This document shows, piece after piece, positions 34,632 to 43,558 of a stretch of DNA of 64,000 bases; the first letter of the stretch is position 1; every line of letters starts with the position of its first letter. Below the pieces are notes generated by a model. That model saw nothing but the letters and a program-made list of their open reading frames with translations, made no database searches and had not been told where the DNA came from. The stretch is from Myxococcota bacterium. Lineage in GTDB: Bacteria > Myxococcota_A > UBA9160 > SZUA-336. Where the stretch lies: positions 1,120,001 through 1,184,000 of the forward strand of contig CBDFGR010000002.1 in the NCBI GenBank assembly GCA_965247115.1, written 5' to 3'. The translations under genes and the position numbers were made by a program.

Positions 34632-36149
34632 ATGCTCGCTCGACGGTTGCCGGTGCCCCAGTGGCTGCTCTTGCTCTCTCTCGGCCTGGTGGCTCTAGCG
34701 TTGCGCACGGTCCACTGGTGGCGGACGCCGGCCATGTTCAACGACGGGCCGGTCTTCATCGAGCTCGGGCGTGCGATGGCGGCGGGGGACTGGACGACCG
34801 CGCTCGGGTACGACCAGCACCCGGGCTACTCGTTTCTCACCATGCTGGTGCAGGGCGTGAGCGGCGACTGGGTCGCGGCGGCGGTGGTGGTGTCGATCGT
34901 CTCGGGCGTCGCTGCGGTCCTGTTCCTGTACGCCCTCCTGCACGACACCTTCGACCGGCGCGTTGCGTGGGTCGGCGGGTTGCTCCTTGCAGCGCACCCC
35001 TATGCGGTTGCGTACTCGGCCGACGTGCAGAGCGACGGCCTGTATCTGGCGGCCTTCGTCGGCGCTCTGGCACTGCTCTGGAAGGCTCTCGACAGGCGCA
35101 GCAGCAGGTTTGCTGTAGCGGCGGGTCTGGCCGCGGGCGCCGCGTACCTCGTCCGACCCGAAGGCGCGGGTGTCGTGCTGATCGGGCTCGGGCTCGTGGG
35201 CCTGGAGCTGGCGCGACGCCGCTGGCCCTTCCCGAGCGCCGCCCGCTGGGTGGTCGCGCTGGGACTCGGAGCGGCCCTCGCGATGGCGCCGTACGCGACG
35301 CTGCTCAGCGTGAGGAACGGGACCCTCACCTTCAGCCAGAAGAAGTCGATCGAGAGGCTCCTGGGGGTCGGAGATCTCCAGCGCTGGATGGGGCTGAGCG
35401 TCGTGCCCGCTCCCGATGGCCCCGATGCCTCTGCGCTCTCGGAGCTGACGCAGAACACACTCTCGTCCGCGCGCTACCAGATCGCTCTCCTGGCTCTGCT
35501 GGGCGTGATCGCGCTGCGGGGTCGGCCCGGACTGCGCGGGCGCTTCGTGCTCGTATCCCTTGGGCTGTACAGCCTGGTCCTCTACGCCCTGATCAGAGAG
35601 GCCGGCTACGTGAGCCGGCGCCACACGCTCCCGCTCGCCGTTCTCATGCTGGGCTACGCAGCCGTCGGGGTCCCGGTCCTCGGACACTGGATCCTCCGCG
35701 CGGGCCAAGCCGCGGCGCGGAGCCACCGTTCGATCGGGGCGGGGGCGGCGCTCGTTGCAGGCCTCGTCGTGGCGCTCGGGCTCGAGCTCGGCAAGGGGCT
35801 GCGTCCCCATCGCCTGAACGCGGTCTCGGAGCGCAGGGCGGCGGAGTGGCTGCGGGAGACCTCGACCTCCGGGGCTGCGGTGGCCGCCGGCAAGCACAGG
35901 ATCGCGTTCTACGCCGAGGCGCCGTTCGTGAACCTCGCGCACCTCCCAGCGGACACGACTTTGCTTCCGCGTCTCCGCCGCAGTGGGGTGCGCTACCTGG
36001 TGCTGGACGAGGACGGGCACCAGGTCCTGCTCGCGAGCACGACGGATCCCGAGACGGCGGTGCGTCTGCTCCACCAGGAGGAGGCACACGGCCACGCCGC
36101 GTTCGTGTACGAGCTGCTCCCGCCGGCCTCGACTCAGATCTTGGAGTAG
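34632..36149 (+). CDS. GT-C fold membrane glycosyltransferase (ArnT/PMT-like)
   Basis: Multi-TM; FNDG, HPGY, QSDGLY, YLVRPEG; divergent from the carbamoyltransferase. Confidence 0.75.
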   Translation: MLARRLPVPQWLLLLSLGLVALALRTVHWWRTPAMFNDGPVFIELGRAMAAGDWTTALGYDQHPGYSFLTMLVQGVSGDWVAAAVVVSIVSGVAAVLFLYALLHDTFDRRVAWVGGLLLAAHPYAVAYSADVQSDGLYLAAFVGALALLWKALDRRSSRFAVAAGLAAGAAYLVRPEGAGVVLIGLGLVGLELARRRWPFPSAARWVVALGLGAALAMAPYATLLSVRNGTLTFSQKKSIERLLGVGDLQRWMGLSVVPAPDGPDASALSELTQNTLSSARYQIALLALLGVIALRGRPGLRGRFVLVSLGLYSLVLYALIREAGYVSRRHTLPLAVLMLGYAAVGVPVLGHWILRAGQAAARSHRSIGAGAALVAGLVVALGLELGKGLRPHRLNAVSERRAAEWLRETSTSGAAVAAGKHRIAFYAEAPFVNLAHLPADTTLLPRLRRSGVRYLVLDEDGHQVLLASTTDPETAVRLLHQEEAHGHAAFVYELLPPASTQILE

Positions 36150-36979
36150 CCCGAGCCGTCCATGTCGACTCCGATGCCCGAGGCCTTCTCGATCCAGGCG
36201 AACTCGTGCAGGATCTCCTGCGAGTACGTGACCCGGCCTGTGACCTTCTCGAGCGGCTCGGTCGCGAGCAGCAGAGCAGAGCGCGCCATCAGCTCCACGG
36301 GCTCTGCGCGCGGGTCGTCCTCGCGCTCGAGCAACCGGTGGTGGAGCACGCCGGGCGTTGCCACGATCTGGGAGGGACTCACGCACGTGACCGAGATGCC
36401 GTCGGGGTAGACCTCCTCGGCCAGTCCTTGCGTGAAGCGCTCGAGCGCGGCCTTCTCCGCACCGTACAGCGTCCCGCCTCGCATGGGCGGCCCATCGTAG
36501 GGCCCCCGACCCGGACCGATCGCAGCACCGCTCGAGATGTTCACGATGGCGCCGCTCTTGGCCGGAATCATGTCCTCCAGCACCAGGCGGCTCAGCAGGA
36601 AGGGCGCGTGGAAGTTCACCGCGACAGAACGCAGCCACTTGTTCTCCGGGAACTGCGCCACCGGGATGAAGTACGTGAGCGCCGCATTGTTCACGAGCAC
36701 CTGTGCGGGTCCGTAGGCCTGGCGCGTCTCCTCGACGACGCGCCGACACTCGTCGAACTGCGAAATGTCGGCCGCAATGGGGGTCGCCTCACCACCGGCA
36801 GCGTGGATCTCCTTTAGCGTCGTCGCGAGAGACCCCCCGAGCGGATGGCTTCCCTCCTCGAGCGTCCTGGCCACACAGACCACGCGGGCTCCCTCCGCCG
36901 CAAAGAGGAGGGCCACCTCTTTCCCGATTCCTCGGCTCGTCCCCGTAACGAGTGCGACCTTTCCGTCGAGCTTTCCCAT
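36134..36979 (-). CDS. Short-chain dehydrogenase/reductase
   Basis: TGTSRGIG, NNAA, YGAEK. Confidence 0.92.
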   Translation of the reverse strand: MGKLDGKVALVTGTSRGIGKEVALLFAAEGARVVCVARTLEEGSHPLGGSLATTLKEIHAAGGEATPIAADISQFDECRRVVEETRQAYGPAQVLVNNAALTYFIPVAQFPENKWLRSVAVNFHAPFLLSRLVLEDMIPAKSGAIVNISSGAAIGPGRGPYDGPPMRGGTLYGAEKAALERFTQGLAEEVYPDGISVTCVSPSQIVATPGVLHHRLLEREDDPRAEPVELMARSALLLATEPLEKVTGRVTYSQEILHEFAWIEKASGIGVDMDGSGYSKI

Positions 36980-37000
36980 GGCGCACCTCCTGCGTCGATT

Positions 37001-37561
37001 CTACCGTGAGCGCGCTACGACTTGTGCCACCGCGTGATCGGCGATCCAACCCTCGCGGTAGTAGACGACCTCCAGCGGGGCGACCAGCTCGAGCAGCTCG
37101 TTGGCCTCGACCAGAAAACGCTCGCCCGGCTTGCGATGGCGCTCCAGATTGCGGCGCGTCGGGAGCTCCGCGACCAGGCAACCGCCCGGCCCCAGTCGCC
37201 TCCGCAGCAGAGGGAACAGGTCGCGCTGCAGATAGGAGAAGCAGCTGATGAGCGAGAAGGGACCCCGGGGAAGCGCCTCGGACTCCAGGTCGAGCACGCT
37301 CGCCGAGAGCTCCAGACCCTCGGCCAGGGCGTTGGACCTGCACAGGCGGATCGCCTCGCCGGACACGTCCACGGCCAGCGTCTCCAGTCCCCGGCGAGCG
37401 AGCCAGAGCGCCAGCCGGCCCGAGCCCGCCGCAACGTCCAGGGCACGTCCCGAGCGCGGGAGCTCTTCATCGACGGCCGCGAGCCAGTCGGGCACCGGAG
37501 TGGCCGCGTGAGAGCCAGCACGATAGCGGCGGTCCCAGCGCTCGCGGTCCGCCTCGGCCAT
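37001..37561 (-). CDS. Class I SAM-dependent methyltransferase (TehB-like)
   Basis: RWDRRY, ALDVAAGSGR, VDVS, YLQRDL. Confidence 0.87.
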   Translation of the reverse strand: MAEADRERWDRRYRAGSHAATPVPDWLAAVDEELPRSGRALDVAAGSGRLALWLARRGLETLAVDVSGEAIRLCRSNALAEGLELSASVLDLESEALPRGPFSLISCFSYLQRDLFPLLRRRLGPGGCLVAELPTRRNLERHRKPGERFLVEANELLELVAPLEVVYYREGWIADHAVAQVVARSR

Positions 37562-37564
37562 GGA

Positions 37565-38722
37565 CTAGTGGTGAAACAGACGCAAGTTGGTGTGGACCAT
37601 GGTGATCCCGTACTCCTCGCAGGCCGCCAGGATCTCGGCGTCACGCGTGGAGCCTCCGGGCTGTGCGATGCTCCGCACGCCGTGCTGCACAGCGTGGTCC
37701 ACGTTGTCACGGAAGGGGATGAACCCGTCCGAGACCAGCGAGACTCCGTCGAGTCCCTTGATCCAGCTGGCCTTCTCTTCTGCGCTGAGCAGCTCGAGCG
37801 GCTGTGCTAGCGCCTCGCCAAGCGCCTTCTCCTCGGCAGGCAGCAGGTCGCCCTCGATGTAGCGCACGCGCCAGTTGATCCGCTCCTGGCGCCTGACGCC
37901 CTTCTGGAACTCGAGCCCGAGCACCTTGGGGTGACGGCCGAGGTACCACACGTCCGCCTTCGCACCGGCCAGCTTCGTACAGTCGACCCGCGACTGCTGG
38001 CCCGCGCCGATCCCGATCATCTGACCACCGAGCGCAAAGCCCATCGAGTTCGACTGCGTGTATTTCAGGGTGATCAGCCCGAGGGTCAGGTCGCGGCGAG
38101 CCTCGTCGTCGAGCTTCCCACACACAACAGTGTCGAGATGGGAGGGCAATATCGGCTGGCTGTTGCGATCCTGGGCGAGCCGCATGCCGAAGAGCTCGCG
38201 GGACTCGCGCTGTGGAGGCCGATAGCCGGGATCAGCCTGCAAGACGATGAACGACCCCCCCTTCTTGGCGCGGAGCGTCCGGAGCGCCTCCGTGTCGTAA
38301 CCCGGCGCGACGATACCGTCGGAGACCACCCCCTTCAGGACGTCCGCGGTGGCCTGATCGACGGGATCGGAGAGGGCGACGATATCGCCAAACGAGCACT
38401 TGGGATCAGCGCCGCGGGCGCGCACATACGCTGTCGCGGCGGGGGTGAGCTCCTTGCCTTCGACCTCGTAGGCGCGAACAAGGTCGGGGGCCAGGTCTAC
38501 CGCGACTGCGGCCCCGGCGGGCGACACGTGCTTGAAGCTGGCCGCTGCGGGCAGCTCGAGCGCTACGCGCAGCTCGGAGACGAGCTGCCAGGCGTTCAGC
38601 GCGTCGAGCAGGTTGATCATCGACGGCGTTCCGTTCAAGAGGCTGACGGCGGCGCGCCCGCCCTCGAGGGGTTCCGCCACCGCATAGGCCTGGTGGGGAT
38701 TGCAACCGTACTTCAACTGCAT
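37565..38722 (-). CDS. purH: AICAR formyltransferase (PurH transformylase domain only)
   Basis: Begins LKYGCNPHQ; SFKHVSPAG, KYTQSNS, GAGQQSR, SDGFIPF.DN, QPGGS, RLFHH; no N-terminal IMP cyclohydrolase domain. Confidence 0.92.
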   Translation of the reverse strand: MQLKYGCNPHQAYAVAEPLEGGRAAVSLLNGTPSMINLLDALNAWQLVSELRVALELPAAASFKHVSPAGAAVAVDLAPDLVRAYEVEGKELTPAATAYVRARGADPKCSFGDIVALSDPVDQATADVLKGVVSDGIVAPGYDTEALRTLRAKKGGSFIVLQADPGYRPPQRESRELFGMRLAQDRNSQPILPSHLDTVVCGKLDDEARRDLTLGLITLKYTQSNSMGFALGGQMIGIGAGQQSRVDCTKLAGAKADVWYLGRHPKVLGLEFQKGVRRQERINWRVRYIEGDLLPAEEKALGEALAQPLELLSAEEKASWIKGLDGVSLVSDGFIPFRDNVDHAVQHGVRSIAQPGGSTRDAEILAACEEYGITMVHTNLRLFHH

Positions 38723-38843
38723 GCTTCGGAAGCTACCACACGGACTCCATGCCGCCTGCAGCGCTGTCGCTGCACCCATTCTCGCTGGACGGCGCCCACT
38801 GGACCCCCCTTCTGGCACCGCGATTGCACACGCAGGAGTCACC

Positions 38844-38966
38844 ATGGCCGGCACCACGACCGAGACAGACCGAGTTCGCAAGCAGCTGGTGGCGAGCGCG
38901 CTGGCGGGAGTCTTCTGGGCGCTCGTCGTTCTGCTCGTCACCCTCTCGAGCAGGCTCCTCATGTAA
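38844..38966 (+). CDS. Putative 40-aa single-TM protein
   Basis: AGGAG RBS 5 nt upstream; MAGTTTETDRVRKQLVASALAGVFWALVVLLVTLSSRLLM. Confidence 0.5.
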   Translation: MAGTTTETDRVRKQLVASALAGVFWALVVLLVTLSSRLLM

Positions 38967-38998
38967 GATCCGTCTCAGACGGACACGGAGGAGAAGGC

Positions 38999-39736
38999 GT
39001 GGACCTAGGTATTGCAGGCAAGACAGCCGCCGTGGCTGCGGCTTCGACAGGGCTCGGCTTCGGCGTGGCTGCCGCGCTCGCGGCCGAGGGTGTACGGGTC
39101 GCGATCTGCAGTCGGGACTCATCTCGCATCAAGGACGCCGCCAAGCGCCTCGGAGAGCCAGCGGTCGGCCTCGTGGCCGACCTGTCGAGCCCCGAGGGGG
39201 CCTCAGGCTTCGTGCGCGAAGCGCGCGAGGCCCTGGGCCCGCTCGACATCCTGATTCCGAACGCCGGAGGGCCGCCCCGGGGGACCTTCGCCTCTACCAG
39301 CCAGAAGGCCTATCAAGAAGCCCTCGACCTGAACCTGCACTCGACCATCGCCATGTGCCGGGAGGCCGTTCCGGAGATGCAGAGGCGTGGCTGGGGCCGG
39401 GTCGTGGCCATCACCTCGATGGGCGCGCGGGAGCCTATCCCCGTCCTTGCCGCCTCGTCGACAGCACGGGCGGCGGTGACCGCGTTCCTGAAGGTGCTCG
39501 CCGGCGAGGTCGCGGTCGACGGCGTCACCGTGACGTCTATCCAGCCTGGTGCACACGCCACCCAGCGCATGGCGGGTCGAGACCTGAACGAGGTCGCAAA
39601 GGGCATTCCCGTGGGCTTCGTGGGCACGGCAGAGGACTTCGGCCAGGCTGTGGCCTTCCTGTGCTCCCAGCAGGCGCGCTTCATCACCGGCACGGGCCTC
39701 CTCATCGACGGAGGGGTTGGTAGGGGCCTCCTCTAA
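38999..39736 (+). CDS. Short-chain dehydrogenase/reductase
   Basis: DLGIAGK, AASTGLG, NAGGPP, FITG; GGAGG RBS. Confidence 0.9.
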   Translation: MDLGIAGKTAAVAAASTGLGFGVAAALAAEGVRVAICSRDSSRIKDAAKRLGEPAVGLVADLSSPEGASGFVREAREALGPLDILIPNAGGPPRGTFASTSQKAYQEALDLNLHSTIAMCREAVPEMQRRGWGRVVAITSMGAREPIPVLAASSTARAAVTAFLKVLAGEVAVDGVTVTSIQPGAHATQRMAGRDLNEVAKGIPVGFVGTAEDFGQAVAFLCSQQARFITGTGLLIDGGVGRGLL

Positions 39737-39747
39737 GGGTCTCGACT

Positions 39748-40959
39748 TCAGGGGAGAGGCGGCTCGGGGTAGACCTCCACATCGCTTTCGCGACGGGAGG
39801 CTGTCGCGGCCTGCGATGCTAGCTCGGTCTCTGCGGCCCGATGGCGCAGCTCGACGAGCATGCGGGCAGCGCGCCTCCGGTCATCGAGCGACTCGACCTC
39901 CGGCTTCTCGTAGAACACGCGGCGCTCGACCCGAACGCGGTCCCCGTCGGGATCGAGCGCGGACACCTCGAGCCGATTCCAGCCAGGCACGAGCGGGACG
40001 AAGCCGTCGAAGCTGCCGTCGGTAAAGACGCGGACGGCCCGCGCGACCTGCTCCGTCGTGAGGTTGCGAATCCGCAGCCCCGCCGGCTTCACGAACTCGA
40101 CCTTTGCGAGCTCCTCCAGTACTCGCGCAGGGTGCTCCACCTCGACAAAACGCCCACCCGTTACCTCTGCGATCTCCTTCAGCACACCGGGGTCCTCGCG
40201 CGCGTTTTCGCCGAAAGCCAGGGTGTACACCTGTACTCCCTCCTCCGTGAGTTCTCGCGCTGCGCGCATGGCGTTCCTTTCGGCGGTGTACTCGCTGCGC
40301 GGAGCGGTCGGCTTGCCGTCCGAAAAGAGCAGCACGATGCGCGGCCGGCTGGGACCCCGCTTGCGGGGAGCATCAAGCAGCATGTCTCGCGCGAGCCATA
40401 GGGCACGGGAGATGTCCGTCCCCGTCCAGTCGACCGTGATGCGGATACGCTCCAGCGCAACGATCGCCTGCTCTGGCGAGCCCACCTTCCCGCGAGCGCG
40501 AGGCTTGCCCGTATAGGTGAGAACGCCCAGCCGCGCGCGCCGCGCCCCGAGACGATCCACGAGCGTTCGGGCCGCGACCAGCTCCGACTGGATGATCGTG
40601 TCGCCAGAGTCGGTCGTCCAGGCGCGATGCGACCGTGGCCAACCGTAGAGAGGCCGCCGGTTCCGGCCGACCTTGCCGTCGCCGTCGATGTCGACGCCCA
40701 TGGCCATCAAGCTCGTGTTCGACAGGTCGAGAGCGAGCACCACGTCGGCGCTCACGAGCTCATGGATCGCGGCGGCCGAGCCGGATTCGTCCGGCTCCCC
40801 GATCAGTGTTCGACCCCGCACCTCTACGAGCGGCGCGGACAGACGTACCTGCTGGTCCTCGGTGGGGCGCTCCAGCGTGAGCGAGAGCGTCTCTTCGGCG
40901 GGCGCCCAGGCCGCCAGCCCGAGCACAGCCACGCCGACACCGATTGCGAGACAGCGCAC
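39748..40959 (-). CDS. Exported von Willebrand factor A domain protein
   Basis: Signal peptide; MIDAS-like DLSNTS, T, FSDG; embedded DIDGDG Ca-binding-like loop. Confidence 0.82.
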   Translation of the reverse strand: MRCLAIGVGVAVLGLAAWAPAEETLSLTLERPTEDQQVRLSAPLVEVRGRTLIGEPDESGSAAAIHELVSADVVLALDLSNTSLMAMGVDIDGDGKVGRNRRPLYGWPRSHRAWTTDSGDTIIQSELVAARTLVDRLGARRARLGVLTYTGKPRARGKVGSPEQAIVALERIRITVDWTGTDISRALWLARDMLLDAPRKRGPSRPRIVLLFSDGKPTAPRSEYTAERNAMRAARELTEEGVQVYTLAFGENAREDPGVLKEIAEVTGGRFVEVEHPARVLEELAKVEFVKPAGLRIRNLTTEQVARAVRVFTDGSFDGFVPLVPGWNRLEVSALDPDGDRVRVERRVFYEKPEVESLDDRRRAARMLVELRHRAAETELASQAATASRRESDVEVYPEPPLP

Positions 40960-41027
40960 GCCGCCATTCTATCCGTTGGGCGGACTCAGAAGCGGAGAAG
41001 CTTGCTCGCGCTTGTTATCCTCGGCTC

Positions 41028-41579
41028 GTGGCTATCTCGCTCCGCTTCCACGCCGTCGCCGCCGCTCTGCTCGCGCTCTCTGCGTTTGGCACGCTGACTG
41101 CGTGCGGCACGATGACTGCTGGAAAATGCGTCCAGGGTGACTGCACCAGTGGCGAGGGGACGTTTCGCTGGCCGAGCGGCGAGGTCCACAGAGGGCTGTG
41201 GGAGGAGGCGCTGCCGAACGGTCTGGGCGAGCACGAGTGGCCCGATGGTCGCAACTTCAACGGGGGCTTCGCGGACGGCGGGATCCACGGACGCGGGGTC
41301 ATGCGCTTTCCGGATGGCGGTAGCTATGACGGCGACTGGCATAGGGGTCTGATGCACGGTTGGGGCATCAGGATCTGGGAGAACGCCGAGAAGTACGCCG
41401 GCGACTGGTTCGAGGGTCGCAGGTCGGGCTGGGGGGTCATGACCTGGCCCAACGGGCGGAGCTTCGAAGGCGAGTTCAAAGAAGACGTGGCCAGTGGTCG
41501 CGGAACGCTCACCGACGCCGACGGTACGGTCGTTAGCGGTCGGTGGAAGGACGGCCAGCTCGAGAGTATGAGCCCCTGA
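41028..41579 (+). CDS. MORN-repeat lipoprotein
   Basis: LTAC lipobox; repeats of G..YxGxWxxGxxHGxG. Confidence 0.88.
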   Translation: MAISLRFHAVAAALLALSAFGTLTACGTMTAGKCVQGDCTSGEGTFRWPSGEVHRGLWEEALPNGLGEHEWPDGRNFNGGFADGGIHGRGVMRFPDGGSYDGDWHRGLMHGWGIRIWENAEKYAGDWFEGRRSGWGVMTWPNGRSFEGEFKEDVASGRGTLTDADGTVVSGRWKDGQLESMSP

Positions 41580-41583
41580 CTGC

Positions 41584-42378
41584 GTGCCTCCCCTGCTCCC
41601 CCACTTCGAGGTCCATCCCGGCCGGGGTCCCTACGTGCTGCTGGTGCACGGGATCATCTCGAGCCGCGAGCAGTGGTGCCTCAACCTCGGCGCCCTTTCC
41701 GAGGTCTGCAGCCCGGTGGTGGTCGAGCTGTTCGGGCACGGCCGCTCTCCCGCTCCCGACGAGCTCGCCGCCTACCACCCCGACCGCTACATCGACGCCT
41801 TCGAGCAGATCCGTGCGGAGCTGGGACAGGAGCGCTGGATCGCGGTCGGTCAGTCGCTCGGTGCCGCCCTCACGCTGCGTTACGCGCTACACCACCCGGC
41901 GCGCGTGGCGGCCCACATCCTCACGAACTCCAGCTCGGCCTTCGCCGAGCCCGCGTGGGAAGAGCGGCTCAAACCCGCCATGGAGGCCTTGCTGCGAGAC
42001 GTGGAGCGCGAGGGCGCAGCAGCCCTCGAGCGGATGCCGATCCATCCCCGACACGGCCGGCGCCTTCCCGCGCACGTCAAGTCGCGCCTGCTCGAGGAGA
42101 CGAAGCTGCACGACCCGCGGGGCGTAGCTCTCGGGCTGCTCGGGACGGCTGCGAAGTCGGGCATGGGGGATCAGCTGGAGCGCAACCGGGTACCGACGCT
42201 CTTGCTGTGCGGCGCACAGGAGAAGCGCTTCGAGGCGCATCGACGCAGGGCGGAGGAGCGCATGCCGCTGCTCGAGGTCGTGGAGCTCGCCGCCGCCCAC
42301 GCCGTGAACCTGGAGGCGCACGCGGAGTTCAACCGCAGAGCCGTGGAGTTCGTGTCGCGTCACGCACGCGGGCTATGA
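41584..42378 (+). CDS. Alpha/beta hydrolase (MenH-like)
   Basis: LVHG, GHGRS, GQSLG, AHAVNLE. Confidence 0.85.
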   Translation: MPPLLPHFEVHPGRGPYVLLVHGIISSREQWCLNLGALSEVCSPVVVELFGHGRSPAPDELAAYHPDRYIDAFEQIRAELGQERWIAVGQSLGAALTLRYALHHPARVAAHILTNSSSAFAEPAWEERLKPAMEALLRDVEREGAAALERMPIHPRHGRRLPAHVKSRLLEETKLHDPRGVALGLLGTAAKSGMGDQLERNRVPTLLLCGAQEKRFEAHRRRAEERMPLLEVVELAAAHAVNLEAHAEFNRRAVEFVSRHARGL

Positions 42379-42409
42379 TGCCCGCACCGAACACGAGGAG
42401 AAGCAGAGC

Positions 42410-43555
42410 GTGAACCATCCCGTGATCTCGGCCGATGGCCACATCGACTTCCCCCTGCTCCCCGAGACACTCTGGATCGACAACGCACCCGAAAAGCTGC
42501 GAGGCCGGATGCCGAAGGTCGTCGACTCGGAGCGGGGACGCATCTGGCAGGCCGCCAATGGCACATCGCTGGGGCTCGTCGGCGGCATGGGCTCCGCGGG
42601 TCGGCCCTACTTGCCAGGCGAGATCCATCGCTCCGACCGCATGGCCGAGCAGGGACTCTACCGGGACCAGAGCAGCGGGGTCATGCGACCCGCGATTCCC
42701 GAGCTGCGTGTTCGCGATCAGGAGCTCGACGGTGTCCGAGGGGAGGTGATCTACGGGATCCTCGGCGCGGCATCCCGCCTGAACGATGCGGAGGTCACGG
42801 ACGCGGTCGTGCGCATCTACAACGACTGGCTGTCCGAGTTCTGCCGCAAGGCGCCGGGGCGTTTTGCCGGAATCGGCTGTCTGTCTTCGGGCTCTCCCGA
42901 TGCTGCGGCCGTGGAGCTGCGCCGCTGCGCGGAGCTCGGGCTCAAGGGAGCCGAGCTCGGCATGTCCCACGACATGCTGCCGCTCTGGCACCCGGACTGG
43001 GAGCCCATCTGGGTCGCGGCCGCCGAGACGGGGGTTCCCGTTCACATCCACACGATCGGACCGCAAGCCGACACGCGCTGGCTGCGCGACCCGAGCACGT
43101 ATCGCCCCTGGCTGGCCACGCACATGAGCGCCTTCCAGATCCCGATGATGGCGGTCACCGCAGCCGTGATCTTCGGGGGAGCCCTCGATCGACACCCCGC
43201 GCTTCGCGTGGTGATCGGAGAGGCGGGGATCGGCTGGCTCCCGTACGCGCTCGAACGCTTCGATGTCGAGTGGGAGGAGCAGTTCCAGGACCTGATCCCA
43301 CGCCCGCCCAGCGAGTACTGGCGCGGCCAGATGTTCGCCACCTTCCAGATCGACCGGACCGGACTGGCCAACCTGGAAGGGATCGGCGAGGACACCGTGA
43401 TGTGGGGCTCGGACTTCCCGCACCCGGATGGGACCTGGCCCGACTCGCTGGAGATCCTGGAGCCTCAGCTCGCGGGGTTGGGGGAATCCACACGGCGCAA
43501 GGTCCTGTACGAGAACGCTCGCCGGCTTTACGGCTTCCCGAGCGAGACGGTCTGA
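42410..43555 (+). CDS. Amidohydrolase_2 family protein
   Basis: ISADGH, YNDW, HIH, EAGIGW, WGSDFPH. Confidence 0.92.
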   Translation: MNHPVISADGHIDFPLLPETLWIDNAPEKLRGRMPKVVDSERGRIWQAANGTSLGLVGGMGSAGRPYLPGEIHRSDRMAEQGLYRDQSSGVMRPAIPELRVRDQELDGVRGEVIYGILGAASRLNDAEVTDAVVRIYNDWLSEFCRKAPGRFAGIGCLSSGSPDAAAVELRRCAELGLKGAELGMSHDMLPLWHPDWEPIWVAAAETGVPVHIHTIGPQADTRWLRDPSTYRPWLATHMSAFQIPMMAVTAAVIFGGALDRHPALRVVIGEAGIGWLPYALERFDVEWEEQFQDLIPRPPSEYWRGQMFATFQIDRTGLANLEGIGEDTVMWGSDFPHPDGTWPDSLEILEPQLAGLGESTRRKVLYENARRLYGFPSETV

Positions 43556-43558
43556 ACC

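Noticed and set aside
38723..38843. ZMP/ZTP (pfl) riboswitch upstream of purH
   Set aside because: The conserved elements (GACTGGCG...GTGG, CGCCTGGG) are not seen, and a -10-like hexamer sits 7 nt from the start.
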